This document shows positions 1 to 11,812 of a stretch of DNA of 64,000 bases, piece by piece; within the stretch, counting starts at the first letter, position 1, and each line of letters begins with the position of its first letter. The notes below the pieces were generated by a model. The model was given only the letters and a program-made list of their open reading frames with translations. It ran no database searches and was not told the origin of the DNA. The stretch lies in the NCBI GenBank assembly GCA_965112735.1, contig OZ218954.1:124001-188000 (forward strand). The letters are read 5' to 3'. This DNA is from Phaeosaccion multiseriatum. Lineage: Eukaryota > Protista > Ochrophyta, other classes. The translations under genes were made by a program, and so were the position numbers.

Positions 1-1
1 G

Positions 2-157
2 GCTTACGAGAGGGACGAGAAGGCGAAAGAGAAGGCCCACGAGAGGGAGAGGGAGGCCACGCTACTACACGAGAAGGCGAAAGAGAAGGCTCACGAGAGG
101 GGCGAGAAGGCGAAAGAGAAGGCTCACGAGAGGGACGAGAAGGCGAAAGAGAGGGCC
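2..157 (+). repeat. 33-bp coding tandem repeat (HERDEKAKEKA)
   Basis: Imperfect copies of cacgagagggacgagaaggcgaaagagaaggct, in frame with the first ORF. Confidence 0.8.
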
Positions 158-1270
158 TTGGAGAGAGAGAAAGAGCTACTCCTTCTTCGTTTCGAGCTAC
201 AACCACCAGCTCGTTCCCACCACCCCGATGGCAAAGGAGACGAAGAGATCCAAGTGGGAGAACAAAAAAGAAAGGGGTGCAACAAGCGGAAACGGGGGAC
301 CTCTGGAGGAGAGGATGGAGAAGGGGGACGAGCGGCCTCTGCAACGGAAGGGCGAGTTTCTTCTCATCGAGCTGAATCGGGCAGCTGTGCACATGCCTTT
401 GGCATGAAGGAGGTGTATGGAAAGGTGATGGAGCTTGTGGGGCAGGGGGAGTATGGTTTCGTCGCGACGGTGTGCAAGGAGTGGAGGGGGTACTACATCG
501 TTGCGCACCCTGCCGCCACGAGCCATAGGAGTGTAGTTGCCTCCGTCGAGCGTGTGTACTGGGCCAGGAGGCACGGCTACGAGCTTACCATCAGCACCTT
601 GAGGGCTGCTGCTCAGTACGGAGGTGCGAGCTTATGCAAGGCCCTTGTTCACATGGGTTGTCCCCGGGATAAGACGGTGTATACATGGGCGGCACGGAAC
701 GAGCGGCATAGCGTGAGTATGCTCAAGTCGCTGTGCTGTGATGACTGGAGTGCCTGTGCGGATGCGGCGGAGAGAGGGGACTTGGATCTGCTGGAGCTGC
801 TTGTATCGGATGAGGTGGACGCACCCTTTGATCGGAATGTGTGGCACAAAGCTGCTCAGGGAGGGCGGGTGTCTGTGCTTGAATGGCTGCTAAACAATCC
901 CAAGGTCAGAGCTAAGATGAAGGGAACGTGGTGGGAGCATAGTGTATGGGCGAATGGGCCTTCTGATGCTGCAGGTGGCTCTCACCTCTACGCTCTACAG
1001 TGGATGCATGCCAACGTGCGTCAGTTCTGTGACTGGAATGAAGACGTTTGCGCGTCCGCGGTGGAGAAATGCGACAACAACCTGGAAGTACTGCAGTGGC
1101 TGCGCTCAGAAGAGGTGGGCTGTCCGTGGGACGGGCGTGCGTGTCCTGAGTACAGCAGGAGATATCTTGAGGCACGTGGGGAGGAATGGGAGTACATGGG
1201 CGAGGACACCTTTGAGGAACTCAAGGAGTGGGTCCATGCGAATGGACACCCCTGCAACTGCGAGGACTGA
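2..1270 (+). CDS. Intronless ankyrin-like repeat protein (algal/giant-virus type GCPWD repeats) with N-terminal coiled-coil repeat; 5'-truncated by the window edge
   Basis: The frame of ORF 158-1270 is open back to base 2. It has an F-box-like segment (VMELVGQGEYGFVATVCKEWRGYY) followed by repeats CADAAERGDLDLLELL, AAQGGRVSVLEWL, AAGGSHLYALQWM and LEVLQWLRSEEVGCPWD. Confidence 0.75.
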   Translation, partial: AYERDEKAKEKAHEREREATLLHEKAKEKAHERGEKAKEKAHERDEKAKERALEREKELLLLRFELQPPARSHHPDGKGDEEIQVGEQKRKGCNKRKRGTSGGEDGEGGRAASATEGRVSSHRAESGSCAHAFGMKEVYGKVMELVGQGEYGFVATVCKEWRGYYIVAHPAATSHRSVVASVERVYWARRHGYELTISTLRAAAQYGGASLCKALVHMGCPRDKTVYTWAARNERHSVSMLKSLCCDDWSACADAAERGDLDLLELLVSDEVDAPFDRNVWHKAAQGGRVSVLEWLLNNPKVRAKMKGTWWEHSVWANGPSDAAGGSHLYALQWMHANVRQFCDWNEDVCASAVEKCDNNLEVLQWLRSEEVGCPWDGRACPEYSRRYLEARGEEWEYMGEDTFEELKEWVHANGHPCNCED

Positions 1271-1865
1271 GGAAGGAGCAAGTGAGATGGAGGAGGGGGA
1301 CATACTCATAAACCTTGAGGGGGAACAGAGAAGAAGAATTGACAATAGTATGATCGAGGTCGAATAAAATGAAGTGGATGGGGAGGGAGGGGGGGGGTGC
1401 CCATGACAGACTCACTGAGTGCTGCAGTGAGGGCAGCAGCCCTTGAAGAGGTGAAGCTTCAGACCTCCTTCCTCCCTCTCTGCCTTCTTCCTGTATCACC
1501 AACTGCTACTGCTGCTGCTGTGGCCCTTCGAGAGGGATAGATTATCCATTAACAATCAGCTGAAACTGAAACTGTGGGTTCCTTTATCTTGCTGCCACAA
1601 GCATGGCCTTCAATTCAAGCCCCCCCCTCGGGATACCCGCTCTCTGCCCCCGCCGCTGTCGAAATGCTCTCCTCTGGACATCGACTTAATCGTCGATATT
1701 GAAAATCGAGGTTGGCCTTTGATACGTAAGACGTGTATCATCGATGTTGCAACAGCGATAGGGTCGATAATTTGATAATTTCATATCGAGGCCAATGTCG
1801 TTATCTATTTGCAACATCGATACGGTCGATAATGCAATGTCGAGGCCAATGTCGATATCTATCCG

Positions 1866-4814
1866 CTACTGCCACACGGCCTTGAGGCTTCCCTCCGGCG
1901 CGCCCTCCGCCCCTCCGCTGTCCACGGAGAGCATCTCCTCCTCCGACCACGCCGTCCTGACACCAGCCATACGCAACAGGGAAGAGTGGCAATGTCAGTT
2001 TGCCCGCCCAGTCAGTCCGGTAAGTCAGTAAGTCAGCAGTAAGTCAGTCAAGTCACCACCATTAGTAAGGGGCCAGGGGATGAGTGGGTGGGGGGCATGT
2101 ACACCCCAAAGGAGGAGCAACACCCCCTTGGGATAGAGTACGAGTATCAGCTCAAGAAAGTGTCACAGATACAAATAGAGCTGCGCATTACAGTTACAAA
2201 GAGTTGCGCCTTACCTGCCGAACATGGCCCCTCCCACGACTTGATCGATGGTGAGCACCCCCGGGGTGGAGGCGTCAGCTGCAGCCCCTCCGCTCGTCTG
2301 GTACAGCAGTTGGGGATACAGTAGCAGCAGCATTACAAATTACAAGCACAAAAAGGTAGAGAAAAGGTGATGCAATGTATCTGAAAGGGAGGGAGAAAGG
2401 GAGGGAGGGAGAGACACCTTCCCTGCAACTCTCACTGACAACTGACAAGCGACTGCCATCAGACGGACCGCCTGACTTGACACCAAGTATACCCATCTTG
2501 CAACTTGCCACCCTCTGTACTGAAACCCACCCACCCTCTGTCCTCACACACCCCCACCTACCCTACGTCCTGACACCCACCCTCTGTACCGACACCCACC
2601 CACCCACCCTCTGTCCTGACACCCACCCACCCACCCACCCACCCTCTGTCCTGACACCAGGCACTCCCCCTCACCTGCTCGGCCTTCCGCTTGGACCACC
2701 CCTCCTTGCCCAAGAACTGAATGAGGGGCGTCCGGGCAACAGCAGCAGTTGGTGATTCACCCCCCCCCCCCACCCCGGCTGTTGCAGCTGATGCTGCTGT
2801 ATGACCAACTGCTGCCTCTTCACTCGGAGGAGTTGGTGATGCCCCCCCCCCAGCCCCCGCAGCGTCGCCAGTTGAAGCAGCAGCAGCAGTGGATGATGCA
2901 GAGGCGTCGCCTTCTACGACGAAGAGCTTGGCACCGACTTTGACGTCATCATCGACGGAGGCCAACTGCTCCTCGAGCACGCCCGCCTGGTCTGCGCGAA
3001 TGTCTACGCTGATCTGTGGGAGGGTGATGGACGGCAGCGGATGGGGAAAGAGAGTGGACGGCAATGGATGGATGAGTGAATGAGCGAGTGTTAGGATAGA
3101 GAGTGAGTCCGGGCCTGCCGACCGTATGGCTGGCGGGCGCTTCAAGCTTGAGGCTGCCCCCACCCTCTGCTCATTTGCTTCAGCGAGCGAGTCCCGAGGC
3201 CCTAGGCTTGAGACTCAGCAACCCTTCAGGCTTGAGACTCAGCAACCCTTCGTACTACTCCTCCCTTGTGCATCCCATCCCGCCTTGACCTCGCCCTCCT
3301 CTCTCGCTCGCGCGCCAGCAGCAGTGCAGCAGTGCAAGGAGAAGGACTTCCCATTGTATGGCATGGACTACTCCACAACTACTTGCCACAACTACTTGCC
3401 ACAACTGCATGGACTACTAGCACCCCTTCTACCACTCCTGGACCTCCCCCAAGGGACCTTAGGGTTAGGGGGCTCACTCGGCCTCACTGCACACACACGT
3501 ACACATATACACTCGCACACCACACACCCACATAGAACTGACACACAAACGCACACACACTGTATGCAAAGTCCTCTTACCCCCGAGTGTATAGCCCCAC
3601 GTACCCTTACAATCATTAACGCATTCTTAACTACCGTTAACCTACCTTCTCTGTCTCCAAGATACACACCACATCATCCAGCGCCACGTCGTCGCCAACG
3701 TTTTTCACCCATTCCACCAACTGGCCCGACGAGATTGAGTCCCCCAGCCTGGAGAGGGGGGGGCGTGCGGCAATTGAGGGTGCGGAGTGGGGAGGGGGTG
3801 AGAAGGTAGGGAGGGGAGAATTCGACAAAACTGGGGGCAGAAGGACACAACTCTCCAAGAGAGAAGAGCAAAAAAAACACATTCACGAAGAAAGGGGCAG
3901 AGCAGGTCACTGACCCTCGCCCTCTCTCTCCCTCCATCCCTCTCTCTCTCTCTCTCTCGGCTTCTTTCCTTCCTCCTCTTCATCTCAAATGAAGCTGAAA
4001 GTGCAAACTTACGTGGGGACCACCATTGTATGTTTGTCAAGGCGTGGGGCAGAGACTCGGAAGGCCCCCAACTCTCCTCCCGAGAAGAACGTTCCCGAGA
4101 CTGTTCCTCCCCCCACCCCACCCCCCCCTCCTCCTCTTCTGCCTCCTCCTGCCCCCTCTCTGTTTCTGCTGTGCACACCCCTGCTAGCCCGTGGGCACAT
4201 CTGGCCACGCAATTGGGCAGGGGTGGACGGAGGGAGGGGCCGGGAGGTGGATGGGGTTGGGGGGAAGTGGGGTTGAGCGGAGCGCCTTCAATGGAAGCGA
4301 TGATACGACTAGTCGCTACGGACGATAAAAGTAAGCGCGCTGACAGTCAAGATGTGGAAGTAAAGAAGGGGGTTAATCAACTGGGGAGGGTGTGAGGGTG
4401 GAGGGAGGAAGGAATCCTCCATCTTCGTCTCTCCCCCTCTTCCTCTCAACCCTTACTCTTTGGGTAAGCACGACTGCGACGAGAGAGAAGGAGAGAGAAG
4501 CTGCTGGATCACCAACTCCGCTCCCTGCCTTTCTCTGTGCTGTGCTCTGGGGTTCTTACCGGATAGCGCACCCTCTTGCCTGCTTCTTTGCCTGAGCTTC
4601 CTCCTGCGGCTCCTGCTGCTCGGCCTGCTGCCATCCCCCCCCCTCGCTGACCATCTTCTGCGAAAGCTGGAGTGGTTCGCTGCTGGGTTGGTGCGACCGA
4701 TAGTGTTCGCTGCTGCTGTCCTGCGCCAAGCCTCGTCGTCGTCGCTCTGCAGCACAGCGGAGAGTTCAAAGCCCTCCCGAGCTTCACAGCGAAGTTCCTA
4801 GAGGAGGTCGCCAT
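1866..4814 (-). CDS. Mitochondrial lipoyl-domain protein fused to KGD4/MRPS36-like motifs (2-oxoglutarate dehydrogenase adaptor-like), 6 exons, about 352 aa
   Basis: Exons 4814-4560, 4200-4013, 3748-3646, 3013-2675, 2297-2215 and 1956-1866 all join in frame at GT-AG sites. The product has an Arg/Ser-rich presequence ([16 protein letters not shown]), a lipoyl domain ([22 protein letters not shown]...[19 protein letters not shown]), then [10 protein letters not shown] and C-terminal [20 protein letters not shown]. Confidence 0.85.
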
Positions 4815-5381
4815 TGTTATTATGTCTTCTCCTCTGTCTCTCCCGATGAAGAGAGACAGAAGTTTCCAGGGGGGCAGGTTTGACAGTTACAGTTTCAATT
4901 TTTATTTTTTTTTTACGCTCCACACCTCCCTCTCTTTCCAAACAACTGAACTTGGAGTCGTGTAACAAGGCAAACAGGAGAAGAGGCAACAATTACAGCA
5001 GAAGGAAGAAGTAGCATCAGCAACAACAGCGTTGGCAGCAGCTTCGTGGAAGAGAAGGAGTTTGAGACCTGTTCGCTTAGACTGTCTGGTCCTTTCCCCC
5101 CCCCTCTCTCTCTCTCTCCGCCCCGCCCCCCTCTCTCCCTACCCGCCCCTCTCTCTCCGCTCCTCTATTCCTCTCTCGCTTTCTGTCCCTAGCCCTCCCT
5201 CCCTTTCTCCCTCCATCTCCCCCTCCCCTAACCCTTGGAAGGACGACTTCCCACCAGAGTGCCGCAGCAGCAGTTGGTGATACAGCACCAGCAGCGGCGA
5301 AAGAGCATCAGGGGGTAGGTGCTAGCGTCTAGAAGGGCAATAAAAGCCAGCAGCAGCTGAACCTCCGCTGGAAGGCACTCA

Positions 5382-6192
5382 ATGACGCAGCAGGTGCAGC
5401 GGCCAACCGGGCCGGGAGGGGGGGGGGGAGGAGGAGGCCAGCTGAAACAGTCTGGAAAGGCGAACAAGCAGCAGCACCAGCCGAACCAGCAGCACAATGG
5501 GCATAATTCCTCCCACAGCCCCACCAAGGGCGGCACCGGAAGGTAGGTAGTGAGGATGACAGTTGATTGTGGGGGGCATACAGAGATATGTGGAAGCTGG
5601 AAAGCGTGGATCTCAGAATGGGATCTCATCAAGTCGCGTCAGACTTGCTTGATGTAGGAAGCAAAAGGGGCCAGCTTGCTGTCTTGCTCTGTCTCTCTCT
5701 CTCTCTCGATCTCGCTCTCGCTCTCGATCGCCTATGTCTCTCTCGGTCTCTCTCTCTCTCTCTGTCTGTCCCTCAGTCTTCCTCTCCCCCTCGCTGTCTG
5801 TCTACTCTGAGAGAGGAAGAGGAGAACCTGTGCCCTCTTTGTCTGCAAGCTGCGATCCTTGACTCTCCTGGAACCCCCGCTTCTGTCCTTTCCTCCCCCT
5901 CTCGGCGTTTCTCTCTATCCCTCCTCCCCTCTCCATTGTTGAGGAGTGACTGAAGTTAATGTTGAGGAGTGACTGAAGTTAAGGACACCCCACTTCGGTG
6001 TGGCGCGTAGTTTGTCTGTATCGCCCTTTCCCTCCTCCATCGCCTCCCCTCCCCGATCGATATACCTCTACATGTATCGATATACCTTTGCATGTGCACC
6101 ATGTCATTGCCGACTCCCTCACCCCCCCTCTGTCTCTCCGTCGCTCTCTCTCTGTGTATGCTTTCGTTCCCCTCTCTCTACTCCCCCCTCTT

Positions 6193-6228
<36 letters not shown>

Positions 6229-7581
6229 CCTCCCCCCCTCCATCCGCGTATGGCTCGGCTGTCCCTTGGTGTTTGCCTGCCCTTGGTGTTTGCTGGCGCT
6301 TGGTCCTTTGGCCCTTGGTCCTTGTCATGGGTGGCAGCTCAATGGCCAAGACCGCTGCCGGCCTTCCCGTCTACTCCATCTCCAACAGAACTGTCGTGGA
6401 TATGAGCTTCATGGAGCTTGCCTCGCTGGAGGAGGTCCCGGAGGTGAGTTTGACTTTGAGGGTGTTGGGCCAAGTAAGAGAGAGGAGAGGATGGGCGAGA
6501 GAGGCCAATGTAGATCGAGAGATGCCAATATACATCGAGAGAGAGAGAGAGGGAGGAACAGAGAGGGAGAGAGAAGGAGAGGGAGGGGGGGGGGGGAGAG
6601 GTACAGAGTGAGACTCTTACCTTTCCTCCCTCCCTCCCTCTTAGGTCCTCTCGCACTTTGAGAATAAGCCCCGGCCCGGAAACGTGACAAGCATCAAGCT
6701 CGGTGACAATTCTCTTGTTGACATATCCCGCCTGATTGAGGCCGCAGCCCTCGTCACCATCAACCCAGCAGCGCAGGTGAGGAAGTGAGGAAGTGAGGTA
6801 CAGCAGTTGGATGTACAGTACAGTACGGCATTTGCACATCAGCCGCGGCGGCGCATCTCCCTGTGTCTTATAGACTCAAGACGCAACAGTGCATGCACCT
6901 ACCTACATATGGATGTGGCTGTAAGCAATCCAACAAACCTAACCCCGTCCATAGCCACCTTTTCATCCCCTGCAATCCTACGCCCTGCCATGCCATCCCA
7001 TCCACTGCCATCCCCTTTGCAGGTGCGGTGGGTGGACCTATCGTGCAACAAGATCGCCTCACTGGATGGGCTGCAGGCCCTCCCCCAATTGTCCACACTC
7101 AACCTCCAGGTGGGTAAGAGTGGCGGTTTCAGTCTGTGAGAGTGGCGGTTTCAGTCTCACACGGCACCAGTGCCAGACCCATCCGTCGCACTGCCATCCA
7201 TTAACTGCCATCCGTCCATTGACTGCCATCCATCCATTGACTGCCAATGGGAGGCAAGCGTGTAGAACAAGCGTGTCCAGTGTTCCAAGTAGACCAATAT
7301 CATGAATTGGAGGACCAATGTCAATATCGATGTGTGTCACTCAACAGGGCAACAACATCTCCTCCCTGACCGAGGTCAAGAAGCTCGCCGGCATGAAGGT
7401 CCGTCGTGAGGGGGGATGGCAGTGAATGGGGGGGATGGCAGTGAATGGGGGGGATGGCAGTGAATGGAGGGGGTTGGTGTGCTCGGCAGTGATGGGGGTC
7501 ATCTTCAGCACGACTTGGTGTTGCCTTCCTCACACAAGTGGGGATGTAGGCTTGGTACCGCCCAAGCAAGCAAGAAGCAGC

Positions 7582-7650
<69 letters not shown>

Positions 7651-8139
7651 ACCTCAACCATTCTGACCAGTAACATGACGAGGTGTGCACCCATTGACTG
7701 CCATCCATGACGAGGTCTGCACCCATTGACTGCCATCCATCCATCTATGTACAGGGGCTTAAGTCGCTGTCCCTGCACGGCAACAGCATCGAGAACAAGA
7801 CGCACTACCGCAACTACGTCATTCACCATCTCCCCAGGTAAGGCGCGAGAGTCATGGATGGATGAGCTGCTCGGTCAAAACCGAAACCCAAACTGAAAGA
7901 TTAAGGGGAGGTTGCTAACCCCAGGCCCGAGCTGAGGCAGGGACAGGATGTGGACTGGATGAGGGGGCAACTACAACAACCTCCGTTAACAGATCCATTT
8001 CTCTTCACCGTTATCCCCGTTGACTCCTCCCTGCAGCCTGCGCCAGTTCGACTTCGGGTGCGTGACCAAGAGCGACAGAGACGCCGCGGACATGTGGGCG
8101 TTAACGTTTCGCAAGAAGCTTAACCCGGAACTGAGATGA
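5382..8139 (+). CDS. LRRC51: Leucine-rich repeat protein 51-like (cilia-associated), 7 exons
   Basis: Exons 5382-5542 (less certain), 6338-6443, 6645-6776, 7023-7109, 7348-7398, 7755-7837, 8037-8139. LRRs VRWVDLSCNKIASL, LSTLNLQGNNISSL and LKSLSLHGNSIE, then LRR cap YRNYVIHHLPSLRQFDFGCVTKSDR. Confidence 0.8.
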
Positions 8140-8657
8140 TGTGGTTAACCTTTGGGAGGAAGGAGGAGGCCTACGGAGGCCTACAGAGGCATACAGAGGA
8201 GTGTGGGGCTTAACCCCGACTCGAGCCAAGCCTCCGAGGCGGGGACGGCCCGAAGGCTCTATAAGTTCAATTGTAGTAGTATGAATGATTGATTCATAGC
8301 TCTAATAACCCCCCCCTTGTAGTAGTATGAATGATTGATTCATAGCTCTAATAACCCCCCCCTTGTAGTAGTATGATTTATAGCGATTGTATCGGACATT
8401 GACTTGCGTGGCCCTCGAGTGGCAAGTGGAGAGAAGATACACACGACTGCACACAAGACATTCTTGTTGTTGTTGTGATTGGCCAAGCTTTTCCTCTCAC
8501 TCCCCACATGCCTCCATCCACTCCCACTCACTCACTCACTCACTCACTCACTCACTCACTCAGTCATCGCTCCACTCTCGCTGAGCGTCCGTCTCGAGCC
8601 TTCAGTTTCAGTTTCAGTTCCTAAGCTCACCCACGTGCGCTTCCCCCCTTTAGAACT

Positions 8658-11600
8658 TTAGAACCAGTCCTCCGAGCCGCTGCCGCTGCCGCTGCCGCCA
8701 CCGCTGCCGCCCCCTGCCGACCCGGAGCCCTCCTCTGTCTCCCCCCCCTCCCCCTCTCCATACGCCTCTACTCCTCCGTCGTCGGATCTGGAACTGTTTC
8801 CTCCAGCTCCAACCCCCCCTCCGTCCTCCTCCTCTTCTTCCTCGCCTCCATACACTGCCATCCCTTCGAAAGACAAGTCACTCATCGCAGCACTTGGAGT
8901 GGCGCTGACTCTTCGCTCGCGAGGCGGCGGAGGAGCCTTCATCCCCTTCTCCTCCTCTTCGACTCGGAAACCAGGACGCTCCTCTGCCCGCTGCTGTCTC
9001 TGCCTCTCTAGTCGGAGCTTGTCCTCCTCCTCCTCCTCCTCTCCCCTCCTCCTGTCTCTCTGCATCTGCCTCTCCGCTCGGATCTTCTCTCTCCGTGCCA
9101 GTAAGTCGCTGTCGACCTTTTCCTCTTCCTCCTCCTCCTTCACCACCTCCTCCACTCGCAAACTCTCCTCCTCCACACGCCCTTCTGCTGCTGCTGCTGA
9201 ATCACCAACTGGTGGAGCAGGTTCGGAGCGTTCTTTGGGGAGCCCTGGAACAGTCCCCGCCTGCACCTCCACCACCTCCTCCTCCTCCTCCTCCTCCTCC
9301 TCCTCTTCCTCCTCCTCCCCTTGGCCTTGTTCCTCGCGGGGTTTTGGCTCATGAACAGTCGGAGTCTCCACTTCAGTTTCAGTTTCAGTCTGAGATAGAG
9401 ATGCCTGATGCGGCGTTGGGCTCATCGAACTAGCCCCTGCAGCCTCTGCTTGCGTGCTCTCCGCTGGGGCTGTATCACCAACTGCTGCTGCTGCGGCCGC
9501 TGTTTTATCCCCAACTTGTGCTGTTGCTGCATCCCCCGCTGCTGCTGCTCTTACATCACCAACAGCAGGAAGAGCAGGAGCAGCCACAGGAGTTGATGAT
9601 ACACCAGCAGCAGCATCTCCCACACTGGCAATGGAAGACAACGCCCATCCACTGCCATCCCTCCTCGACGCCTCCGCTCGACCCCTCGCCTCCTCTGCAT
9701 CCCTTTCTCTCTCTCCGGCAAGCTCTTGCTCCCTCAGCAGCCCCTGTGTCAAGCTCTCCTCCTCCTGCTTCTTCTTCTCCTTGTCTTCCCCATCGACTGC
9801 CATCTGAGGCACGCTCGGCTTCGTCTCCTCCGCCTGCGCACCCATCGCGAACGGAGCAGAGGGTGATACAGCAGCAGCAGCAGCAGCAGCAGTTGGTGGT
9901 ACGGCGGCTGCAGCAGCAGCGGCAGCAACAGCAGCAGCAGCGAGAGCTTCTTCTGCTCTTTCCCTCTCCAAAGCATCTGTCGCCACCCCACCCCGGCCAC
10001 CGCCACCGCCACCGCTTTGGTCACCCCCCCATCGACTGCCATCCCGAGAAGGAAACTCCGCTCCCCTCTTCTTCCCATCCACTGTCACCCCCCCCCCCCC
10101 ATCCTGCTCCTCCTCCTCCTCCTCCTCCTCCTCCTCCTCCTCCCTCTCCTCCCGGCCAGCGGTATTCCTGCCGCCGCGGCGATTGCTTCTGCTTGTACTT
10201 TTTCTGCTGATGATGCTGCTTGTGCTGCTGGAGTAGCCGCTGCTTGTACTGCCGCTGAAGCTCACGCTCAAGCTCCTGCTCCTCCTCCTTCTCCTCCTTC
10301 GGTCGCCCCAGCCCCTCCCCTCGCTCTTGCCCCGACCCACGCTCTCCCTGTCTCTGTTGCTCCTAGCCATCTTACGCTTAGTAAGGCCTCCCCCCCCTCC
10401 ATCCCCCCTCCTCCTCCTCCTCCTCCCTCCTTCTCCTCTCGACTCGGAGACACTCCTCCTTCTCCTCCTCCTGCTGTCGTCGTCGTCTGTGAGTCTTCGG
10501 TAGTAGTAGTCGTCGTCGTCGTCTTCGTCGGACAAAGCTCTTCTCCTGTACTCGGATCTGGACGACCTCCTCCTCCATCCACTGCCATCCCCCCCCCTCC
10601 TCCGCCGACCGGGTTCTTCCTCAAAGTGTGTCATTTCACTCCAGGGGGGTGCGCCGTCACCATATGGTGCCATCCTCCCCCCTGCTGCTGTATCACCAAC
10701 TGCTGCTGCTGCCTCATGGCCCACAAAGAAGGCCGCCCCTCCATCCACTGCCATCCTTGCCCCTGCCCCTGCCCCTGCTCCGGCGCCCGGGGGAGGGGCT
10801 CCCGCCGCCTGTATGCTTCCAATTGCATCTCTGGTCCTGGCAAGAAGCTCTCGAAGTCCTGACACCTCGTCCTCGAGACGCGCGCGCCCACACGCCTCCT
10901 CCTCCAGCAGCAGCTCGGCCCTCTCTCTCGCCACCTGAGGCGATGATTGCAAAAGGATAATTGGCGAGTTTGCAGGTTCAGTTCGACCTCCCTCCCTCGC
11001 TCCCCCCTCCCTTCCCCTCCCTCCTTCCTCCCCTCCCCTCCATCTCTCCCTGTCTCCCTCCTTGTATCACCAACGCACTCACCTCCGCTAAGCTGAGCTC
11101 TGTCCTGAGGGCATGAAGCTCCTCCTCCGCGGCTCTGCTCTGCTTGCGAAGATCCTCCACTTCACTCCTAAGCTCCTCTCTCTCAGTCGCCTCCTGGGTA
11201 GGTGGGTGTCAGGACAGAGGGTTGAGGGGTGTCAGGACAGAGGGCGGGGTGTGTCGGGACAAACAAGAGAGAGTGTCAGGACATCAGAGAGAGAGAGAGG
11301 GTGCAGAGGGTGGATGGCAATCCTCACAGCACATAACATTACGTACCCTGCCTCGCTGCTGCTTGAGGGTGGCCACTTGCTTGACTTTGAGTTTGAGTTG
11401 TTCCTCACTGGCGGCAAGGCGCTGCTCAAGCTCTTCCTGAGACATAACCACGCGCAGGTCCGTCTCGTTCACCTGTTCATGTTCATGTTCATGTTCATGT
11501 TCATGTTCATGTTCATGTTCATGAGGGGTGTACGGAAGGGTTATGGAGGGTTCCGTAACTTTTTTTTTTATAATACTACAATCCACGCCTGCCGATAGGC

Positions 11601-11781
11601 CTCTAATTGATTTGAGTTTGCCGAATGCCTCTGATTTGCTCTGCCATACGGCCCAGAGTACGTATGTCAATGAATCCAATACGGCTGGATGACTGGCCAA
11701 GTCAATGAATGCATGCAAGGCACAAAGGGACTGCAAAGTGCAAAGCAGGACCAAGATTCTCAGCACAAAAAAAGACCTACC

Positions 11782-11812
<31 letters not shown>

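Noticed and set aside
3459-3472. TTAGGG x2 interstitial telomere-like sequence
   Set aside because: Too short to distinguish from chance.
1866-4814. Annotation as full dihydrolipoamide succinyltransferase (E2o/DLST)
   Set aside because: No acyltransferase catalytic domain is encoded before the stop codon.
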